From contig NC_042998.1 of NCBI RefSeq assembly GCF_006345805.1, positions 117,304,001-117,368,000 of the forward strand: DNA of 64,000 nucleotides. The letters are read 5' to 3'. A program made the position numbers and the translations under genes. The stretch is from Octopus sinensis (taxonomy: Eukaryota). Below the pieces are notes generated by a model. The model ran no database searches. It was not told the origin of the DNA and was given only the letters and a program-made list of their open reading frames with translations. This document shows positions 54,776 through 64,000 of the stretch, piece by piece. How positions within the stretch are numbered: the first letter of the stretch is position 1; every line of letters begins with the position of its first letter.

Positions 54776-55444
54776 CATAATAACAGTATTTTATTCTTTA
54801 GCGGTCGATGTTTTCATTACATTCTGAATAAAAATCCAAGGCTGTGAAAGATTTCAGAACATTTATAAAGAGAAGGTCTTACAGCTGTTTCCGGGATATT
54901 TTATTTATTATTTCATCGGAGACGGTGTGAGAAAATAGTTAAGCAACAGTTATTGTCGATAAGATATGAAATACAGAGTGAAGTGGAGGAATGAAAATTG
55001 ACGTGAGATATTCTGGGATATTCTATCTGTAGTTCTATTGTTTATGCAGAATGGTATACATATAAGATTTCTGTACCGTGTATGTAAGTTCCATTAGTAT
55101 TTTAAATTGGTCATTCCAAACATAGAGTTTGTAAACGGTGTTATTGAATCGAGGGTTTTTGAAGTGACTTAAAAGTTAGGAATGTGTTTATAAAGTCAAA
55201 TCAAAAACCGGAAGAAAGAAAAAAAGAATCGAAATGTGGGGAGAGAGATAATAAAGGAATGAGGAGAGAGGAAGTGTACTCCTTCTATCAATTCATCTTG
55301 ACTGGCCACTACCCTCTTTTATCCTCTATTCACATCTTTATTACCTCTCTCCCCGCTTTTCTTTCCTTTTTCCTTTTCTTTTCTTTTTTCCTCGCCCCCT
55401 TTTTGATTTGACCTTACAAACACATTTCCAAATTTAAATACTAT

Positions 55445-55850
55445 TGCAACTTACACACATGAATCTTATACGTATACCATTCTGCCTAAATAGTGCCAAA
55501 GGTCCCAGCAATGCTATCACGCTTCAATACCAGTTACTGCAACAGACTGGGTTTCAAGGGCCCACAGCTTTTTATATTCTCCCAAAGAGACTGATGAACT
55601 TGCACAAAGTAGATGTAGGTTTTTTTAAAACAAAGCTGGACCTCTTCCGGTCGAGAACCCCAGATGAACCTACATCACAGCAAGAGGTGCAAATGAGGGT
55701 AGCTATATCAAACTCATTGCTTCACCAAGTGCCACATATCAGAAGAGACTCTTAGTAATAACAGTGTAGCAAAACGGCGGTGCATGAGTGTAGCAAAACA
55801 GCGGTGCATCTGCACGGCCACAGCTCTGAGCTGAAACTAGATAAAAAAAG
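55445..55850 (+). mobile_element. CR1/L2-like LINE 3' end
   Basis: GFQGPTAFYILPKRLMNL...FFKTKLDLF...PDEP...RVAISNSL, typical of CR1/L2 ORF2 C-termini, followed by a short 3' UTR. Confidence 0.65.
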
Positions 55851-57294
55851 ACACAACGAAAATTTAAGAAAAAACAAAACATTAAGTGGAAATCGAACCG
55901 GTGAGTGCAATAAATAATAAGGCATTAAAAGATAATGTCTCTCTCCAGACGCAATAAAATATGCTTCAACACACGAATTCACATAAAGTATCTTGCCAAC
56001 CAGATATAAAAACGATATATATATATGTATGTGTGTGTGTGTGTGTGTTTTTATGTATGTATGTATGTATGTATGTACGTATGTATGTATATGATATACA
56101 AGTACATACATACATACATATATATATATATACATTCATCATACAAGTACAAGTATCTAATAAATTGGAATGTGTCACTTCACAATATTTAAATCAATGG
56201 GTGTATCAGAAGCTAGTTATAACGTTGTAGTAATATTCTTATTAACAGAAGATAAGCATATCGATTTTAAAAGTGAAAATATATTTTGAAAAATATAAAA
56301 TAATAAAAGTGTGAAAGCAATAGTAAACACCATGTTAATATTCAAAATGTAACATAATAGCCTACAAATTCTGTAAGCGTGTTCAGAACATTATGTCTGT
56401 CAATGAGAATGAGGAATAACGAGATACAAAGAATAGATGTAATTACTCGAGAGATCGGAGTGAAATGTCGAACAGAAAATATTTACATCTCTATACTATC
56501 GAAAATCATATTTATCATAAATTACATGACCAGTTATACTGAAAACAATTTATGCATATTTTACATACCTTGTTTGTTATTTTATGTAGTATCTCAATGA
56601 TAATTAATAGTGATTCATGACCTAGAGCTTAAAAGACACTTTCCAGTCGAAATAGACAGTAGTTTAATAAAATATTTGACTGTTTCGTAATAGAATCATG
56701 TGGAAATATATGTGTTAGTTTTTTTTTCTTTTAGACGACAAGACAATTCACGTCTTTACTTTAACTAAATTCAAATTTACGTCAGTTTAATCTTATTTTG
56801 CCTATACAACTAAGTCTATTTTATCTTTACTTTGACATTGCTCCATCTGCAGCAGAGCAAACGTTCCAGAGATAAAATTAGCGGAGAATGATTGCTCTAA
56901 CACATAACCTCTGTTAGTTTTCAGATAGGAACTTGTTAAATAAATGAGCGAAGAACTACGAAATAAAATAAACAAATGAAGATTAAATAAAAATATGCTA
57001 AATAAAGAAAACATGGACATTTATTGATTTTTCAACATGTATATACAAGACAAGTAGAATGAAATAACGACTTGTTATGTCAATAAATTTCAAAATTACA
57101 CTTAATTTAGGGATGGAATTTTTTCTATGTTCGTAGCACGATGATAAAGGAATAATACATTCAGTGACAGATCTCTTTCTTCTATATGCAATATTGTATA
57201 ATGAATGACATTCGGAATTCGATAGATTAACTGCATCATTTCCAAAGTCACCCCCGTTTTAAATTTTAGTATAAACACCAATTAGCATTATTCA

Positions 57295-57409
57295 TTGTAA
57301 GCCTGCTACTTATCTATCGGTCGTTTTTGCTCAACCGCTATGTCAAGCGATGTTGGGGGGACAAATACACAAACACGCACACACACATACATACGCACAC
57401 ACACACACT

Positions 57410-57460
<51 letters not shown>

Positions 57461-57590
57461 GACGCGCTTCTTTCAGTTTCCACTCACAAGGCTTTGGTAG
57501 GCCTGAGGCTATAGTAGAAGACACATGCCCAACGTGCCACACAGTGGGATTGAATCCGGAACCATGTGATTGTTAAGCAAGCTACTTTAT
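57295..57590 (-). mobile_element. tRNA-type SINE with internal (AT)n(GT)n microsatellite
   Basis: Minus strand has the head (cacatggttccggattcaatccc), body, microsatellite and tail (catcgcttgac...ccgatagataag). Confidence 0.8.
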
Positions 57591-57738
57591 TTCAAATTTT
57601 GTCATAAAGGCATAACACAGAGGGAGTAGCTTGCAGGCTGGACAAAAACATTGATAAGATGAGTGATGAAAAAGGACGATATTGATGGGAGAAGGCAAAA
57701 GACGCCCACCGATTTTTTGATTCTTTAAAACATTATTC

Positions 57739-59660
57739 TTTTTTTTTACACAGTAAAAACAATACGAAGTATTAAACCTCTTACTTTAGTTCCATATTTC
57801 ATAATGAATTTAGGCCCTCAGCCTCTTACAAACAATAAACTCAAAACACAAATCAAAACAACAGACCGGGGCATTAAACCTCCTACTATAATGTGGATAC
57901 ATAATACGAGGCACTAAGCATCTTGATTCTTTCACCCGCCGTCACCCGACCGGGCTCAGTGCCTCACTCAAGCACCTCATTGGTGCTAGGTTGGGACTTT
58001 TCGGCAGAAAGTGAAACGTGTCCCCATGGAAGGAACCCATTACCTCAAACAAGGTTTTTTTCTCCACACGACCTCCGCAGCGGAGGCTAATCACGGTTCT
58101 TGATACAGGCAATACTTCTTTCCCATCGACCCTTTTTATTAAACGTTTTGATAATTTTTATTAATTTCCCCTCCCCTGTGGCACAGGACTACAAATTCCT
58201 CCTCGACATAGGGAGAGTCCTCAAATCTCCTCTTCGGTGGCAGTACTTCCACCGAAGGGGTTTCGGGACATGACAGCAGTGTACTAGCAACCGCTGGCAA
58301 TGCCCCATATTTCTTGTTTCTTCTTTTCTCATTTATGACTGGAGGGGAGAGTTCTTTCGTTTTGTCCGAAACATCTGCCTTCCATTCCGCTTCCTCAGGA
58401 TCCATTGGTGGGCAACCACTGTTGCCCACCTTGTTTCTCTTTTTCCCTTTTTTCGAGGTCTTAACCTCATCTACTGCCTCCATCTCTCCTTCTGATGCGG
58501 GAGCTGGGTCACTGCTTCTATTAACTGCTCCAAGAACTTACCTTGGTCCTGGGGGCAGTTTTTCTTAATGAGGTCCGGTTCCAGGCATAGGTGACACTTG
58601 GGTGGGGGGATCGTCCCTCAAGAATCACCGGATACCTAGAACCGGCCATCCTTATAAAATCTGGAAAAACCAGATCATTGGCTGATTGGGTCCTCAGGGC
58701 CCAAACTGCATTCGACCCCACCCAATCAACCGAAGGCAACACTTTAACATTAATTAGCTTGGATCCGCTGCCACCCAGACCCCGGCGGATAGTGTCTTCT
58801 ATGCACTCGGGTTCTATTCCGGGTGGCAGCCCACAGACTCAAGGCCTTGTTAATTTCCTCCCTCCAATGTGGGAAGAAACAGCAATTTTTGCCCTTCTAA
58901 GGGCTGGCTCGTAAACAGAGAGCCTCCTCAGTGATGTCAAATAGCAACCACACCGTTGCAAATTTTACACTCCTGGCAATAAACTTAATAGTTGACAGAT
59001 ATTCTGCCAACTCTTTTTCTATCTCAATTCGAGGGAATACCGTAATGCTGTCGACAGATTTACAATACGTTCCCAACACCACGGTTCACTTATTGAAACT
59101 TTCCAACCACTGCCCTGGAGGCACAATTTACCAATCCAAAGCAGTCTTTTTTGCCATGTTTGCAGACAAAGAAACTTAAATCGTTCAAAATAGTCTAACA
59201 CAGTCAAACGCACAGTCTAACACAGTCAAAATAAATAAAAGAGCAGAATGACAGCTCGGAGGAAAAGAAGGAAGGAAGACAGTTAAAATCATGGTAAATA
59301 TCCTTCCGGCCTCCGGTAATCCTGGCCGACAGTTGTTCCACAAATTGGTACTCCAATCAGGTACTCTAGGTCCAGAGGTAGGAACACAGAAAATATCCCA
59401 CACGAACTGGTAGAAGATTTTATAAAATTTTAACAAATTTTGGTGGCGAGACACGCCCACCGAACAACAATTCTCACAGCTAAGTGAGACACTTAGCGCG
59501 ACTGCAGGCAGACAAATATCCAGCACCCAGTGAGGATATCTCATTCGAAAAAAGAAAAACAATATCAAACAACAAAACCCCACTGAATCCCCCCCCCCCA
59601 AATAGATGCCTACCTTACTGGCGCACCTTCAATATTTCTTCAATTCAGGACGGCTACGAA
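57739..59660 (-). mobile_element. ORF1-only L1/Tx1-like non-LTR element with poly(A) end
   Basis: ~500-nt 5' region (5' boundary uncertain), broken ORF1, ~195-nt 3' UTR, A9 tail at 57739-57747; no APE or RT motifs seen. Confidence 0.55.
57942..59157 (-). pseudogene. Retrotransposon ORF1 (gag-like, CCHC knuckle) pseudogene
   Basis: Starts MAKKTALDW*IVPPG...VVLGTYCKSVDSITVFPRIEIEKELAEYL; after frameshifts EGR..KCHLCLEPDLIKKNCP (CX2CX4[H>L]X4C); basic low-complexity C-terminal region. Joins listed ORFs 58897-59082, 58521-58742 and 58139-58483. Confidence 0.65.
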
Positions 59661-59669
59661 AGCATGTCT

Positions 59670-59720
59670 TGACAGTATTCAGTGTGGAAGCAACTAACTT
59701 ACCACACAGTCACTCCTGCG
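59670..59720 (-). mobile_element. Truncated tRNA-type SINE head
   Basis: Minus strand gcaggagtgactgtgtggtaagttagttgcttcc resembles the heads at 11483 and 57590. Confidence 0.5.
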
Positions 59721-59734
59721 TCTATAAAAACAAT

Positions 59735-59851
59735 GCTTATTGGACCTAGGATTCTCAAGCGGCCATCCATCTAAGGACTAACTAGGCTCAATATTGTTTA
59801 ACTTCGGTGATCGGATGTAACCGGTGTTTTCAACCTGATATGACCGTAAGC
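59735..59851 (-). pseudogene. 5S rRNA pseudogene (117 nt) followed by T5
   Basis: Minus strand GCTTACGGTCATATCAGGTTGAAAACACCGGTTACATCCGATCACCGAAGTTAAACAATATTGAGCCTAGTTAGTCCTTAGATGGATGGCCGCTTGAGAATCCTAGGTCCAATAAGC aligns end to end with metazoan 5S, with many substitutions in box A and box C; TTTTT at 59726-59730. Confidence 0.85.
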
Positions 59852-59859
59852 CATAAATA

Positions 59860-59895
<36 letters not shown>

Positions 59896-59897
59896 TA

Positions 59898-59967
<70 letters not shown>

Positions 59968-59994
59968 CATTGGAGTGCTTGTAAATACTACAAA

Positions 59995-60533
59995 TTAAAT
60001 CCTTTAAGTAGTACACGCACCATCCAGAGGAAGTAGTAAATGACGTGAGTGTTACCATCCTTTGGAACTTCCCCAAATCAAACGCACAAATTAACTCCAA
60101 TCGACCAGACATTTTGATCAAGGGCTACAACAGTGGAACTTGTCTGTTTATAGATGTGTCTGTCCCACAAGATCGAAATATCTTCAGAAAGGAATACGAT
60201 AAATTTTCTCGCTATAAAGATCTACAAATTGAAATCAAAAGAATGTGAAAGCTAAGTACTACGATAATACAAGTAGTAAATGTTGCGCTGGGAATGATAA
60301 AAGAGGGGCGCATCTTCAATATCCATGAACTACAAAAGATAACTTTGATGGGTACAGCTCATATACTACGAAAAGTACTTTCCATCGAAAATGAAATGTC
60401 GTGATAATTTTAGCATGCATACTAAAACAAAAGTGCCCTAGCCACTCTTATCCTCCGGAGGATGCCCGATACTAAGGCAGCTAAAATAAAGTTATAATGA
60501 CAGGAAACCATAAACAACAACAACAACAACAAT
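59995..60533 (+). mobile_element. R4/Dong-like REL endonuclease 3' fragment ending in (AAC)n
   Basis: TILWNFP...NSNRPDILIK...CLFIDVSVPQD...KEYDKFSRYKDLQIEI. Confidence 0.8.
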
Positions 60534-60549
60534 ATTTTCTTTGGTAACC

Positions 60550-61650
60550 AGTGTCCTGTCCTGATATCCTTCTTCAATCTCTAGGTGCGTGCTGGTAGTA
60601 ATCCTGTTTATCTCGGCCATTATCATCAAGAGGCTCGTTCTTTACCCTACATTCCTATTCAAGTAATAATCTTATGTGAGGTTGCCTAAAGCGAATGATT
60701 ATTCTTTCACTCCCTTTCAACTTGGTCCAGCACAAAATAAGAAAATCAGACAGACAAACACCACCCGTCATTCATGTTAAAGGAAAGTTGTGTATCTTTC
60801 TTTAGAATGGATTTTATTAACAAACGGATACGTCCTACACGTAACAACATGTGCTCGGCATAGTTCCGCATCTCAGTAATTCCCGGACTATAGACGCAGT
60901 TTGACGGCGCTTCCATGCCTGTAGTGTTTATCTCAAACTGACAATGCACCCTCACCCTGGTAGTGTTGTAGCGCTACAAAAGTTTGAAGATTAACCATGA
61001 GCTGCGACCGAAAAGTACTCCGGAACAGAACAGTCTGCTAAATTTCGTCAATGCCTAAACTTTCCAAGACCACACCATCTCTGTTGTCCAGTACTAACCC
61101 TACACAAAGCGAACATGGAACTTTATCGATTGCTTTGACATATTGGTAGAAGGATCTGAGTGCCTTAAACATTCCAGATACGAATTATTCTGTCTTGGTC
61201 TTTGCAGTTCTCCTAAATGTATGGAATGAAGAAATATCGGTATGAAAAACTGCTACTACACAGCGTTAGAGAATTACGGCATATGTCGCATTTTCAGCGT
61301 GTGTCGGCATATCATCCTCCTCGCATACCAAGTCCTTCAATCACCGGATGTTGTCAACAAATTCAGCACTTGGTCAGTAGAACGTGTCCTATCCACAGAA
61401 AGCGGGAAATCATTTACTCCCGTATGGTCACACGTGAGGCGACACATATCTAAGTTATCTAAGCTACAATTCCCTAGTTGTCAGTGGGTTGTGATTTGGA
61501 ACACTTGTCCATCTATTTCTAGCATGTTGAGTGAGCGGTACGGTACAGTGTACACTAACATATGTGAGTCAATCAAAGAGGTCTCAGTGAAATACAGCCG
61601 TTCTGAAGCTTTCCTGAAGAGAACCGTCATTATCCGTCAGCTTTAGACTT
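60550..61650 (-). mobile_element. Possible ancient LINE RT remnant
   Basis: Minus-strand KDLVCEEDDM at about 61310-61340 resembles DLxYADD; otherwise heavily broken. Confidence 0.3.
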
Positions 61651-62599
61651 AATCCGATTCACATTTTAACATACTAACTGGCTTTAGAAAGCATTATTGA
61701 AGTCAATTTCATAAAACTATTTAGGCACTGCCTTTGATTTCGTATCTACAAGTATCTACAATGTGATAAAGAACTTCAGAAAGAATAGTAAATTTAGGAT
61801 CAGATATGTCTATCAATAAATATTTGTCTATAAATGAAGAGATTTCGTGCATCTTATGTCCTGAATCATTCTAAATATATATTTAACTTTTGTTTTTCTT
61901 CTCCCTGATATTGAAATTTTATATAAGTAGAAATTACTATTATTTTTAAAATTACATTATTTACTATAAAACTTCAGAAAAAGTACTTCTGTATACTCAA
62001 TAAATAAATGAATATATATATAGTTTTTCGATTTTACTTATTGTAAACTATATAACTTTTGAAATATAATTATATACTTCAAATGTCAAATGTGTAAAGG
62101 CGAAATTTATATATATATATATGGCATGTTCATGATATAGAACATGTTCTCATAAAAGCATGAATCTCACGATATTAACTGTAGGAAAATATTTTTGCTC
62201 CAATTTCCCAAATGTTACTTCGATTATATATGGAATATAATATCCTATCATTGACCTATATTCCACGTAATAAACTATACCCGGATTTCCGCCAAATACT
62301 GAATGAATATGTGTATACGAAAAATGTTAATGTCTTGCACTTGCATCATAACTGCATGAAGTGAATAATAGAAGCATGTATCCTTTGCAATATCCCCGAT
62401 GACAGTGGCTGCAATTTTCATGCTTCAAATATAAGTTGAAATTATATTGAAATCTCGGTTTATCTTCCCGATTGCTATTATCTATCAATACAATCATCAT
62501 TGTTCCACCGTGGTCGAGACAATAGAATTTACCATGCTACGCCAGGCTTCACGGTCCATCATATCATGACAGGCCTGGATTGTTAATATTCTTCTTTTT

Positions 62600-62770
62600 T
62601 TATTTGTTTCGGCCATCTGACTGCGGCCAGGCTGCATCACCGCCTTAAAGTGTTTTAGCCAAAGAATTCAACACCAGGTTTTATTCTATCGTTTTCTTTT
62701 GCCGAACCACCAAATTACTGGAACGTAAACACTCCAACCTCGGGCGGGGGGCACAGACACACACAAACAC
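62600..62770 (-). mobile_element. SINE 3' half
   Basis: Reverse-complement homologue of 19080-19315. Confidence 0.65.
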
Positions 62771-64000
62771 ATAACTTCTTAGCACGCAGTCACGATTATA
62801 CAAAACCAGAATTAATTAATAATTAAAAGTTTGTTTATGATAGTCGTAGACCGGATGAAAAGTAGTTATGGTCCTAGTTTTGGATTCAATTTTCAGTAAT
62901 TGTCAGATGCAAACTAGTCACATATTTTTCCATTACCAGTTGTATACATCTTTGTGTGGTTATGGCATTTGATTGAAAATTACGGATCATAGACTTCTAA
63001 CAACAGCTCACCATATAAGGAAATTCATTGGAATATATACTCCGATTGAGCAAAATAGTGGGAATGAAATGCAATAAGAAGAAACTATACGTTTTCCTTC
63101 TTGCAGAGAAGCATCCCTGTTTATAGTTGGTACACTTAATTCGACATCATGTTCAACCATCACTGCTGGGCTGTCAGGTAACTTTCACAGAAATCATTCT
63201 GTTAAAATAACTTGGTCAAAAAGTTTGAGTCAGAGAATGACATGCTTCCATTTTCTCAATCTCCATAAGTGAATCAAGAATGTCTATGAGCACTTTCTTT
63301 CTGCACATGACAAAACGTTTAGAATCTCAAGATTCTTCGGATTATAGCGCTTTTGCCATACAGGAAACAATTAGAATGCAACGTTAGGGAGGTATAGTAT
63401 ATTTGAGAATATATATTTTGCATTATTCCTTACGTATTCCTGTAAGGAAGGACACGTATATTAATGAAATGAATTAAAGTGCCTGATTCTTTTCCCTTTT
63501 TTTCTTCTTGTTGGTGGTGGACGATGTGCCGGGGGAAAATAACTATAATTAGTAGGGTGCTTATAACTAGAAGTGTTTCCGATTAAGTTCTTAGGAATTC
63601 GTTGCTCTATAAGCTAGTTCGAAATTTAGAGGAACAATCGTTGATTTTGTAACTAATATAACAAATTCAATACATAGCAAAAATTCCCGGATTTGCTTTA
63701 ATTAAATATAATTCCAACACACTTTCATTTGAGGCTTCTACTTAAATATGAATAATAAATATTTATATATCGAAACATTTAGATGAAAGAAACACCGTTG
63801 TTCCTGAATGCAAGTCAAGATATATACTGATGGGATAGTCCTTAACGGCAATATTTGACAGTTATATAGAGAGAGTAGAAATTGCCCGTATTCTTAGCTG
63901 TGAAAAACATCTATACAGATGCATTGCAATTCACAGATATATATGAAGGAAAATTCCAGCAAAAGAAACTGTTTATGCTAAGGTTTCTTGTGACGTGCAT

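Overview
AT-rich, repeat-dense eukaryotic genomic DNA with no confidently identifiable host protein-coding exon. The SINE, LINE and microsatellite repertoire resembles coleoid cephalopod (Octopus-like) genomes; this is recalled, not searched. Contents: a decayed full-length mariner; an internally deleted Helitron carrying a PIF1-helicase fragment plus two smaller Helitrons; a MITE; a 1.7-kb phased A/T-tract satellite; a 25.5-41.7 kb nest of R4/Dong-like (REL endonuclease) retrotransposons sitting in (AAT)n arrays; Penelope-like (GIY-YIG) fragments; tRNA-type SINEs; CR1/RTE remnants; an ORF1-only L1/Tx1-like element; and a 5S rRNA pseudogene. Most listed ORFs are microsatellite artefacts. The main signal is about ten minimal type-I hammerhead ribozyme motifs in Penelope-like terminal repeats. 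They show three different Watson-Crick states of the catalytic-core 3-8 tertiary pair: C3-G8, U3-A8 (twice, in unrelated stems) and G3-C8. All folds were done by eye and coordinates of decayed elements are approximate.
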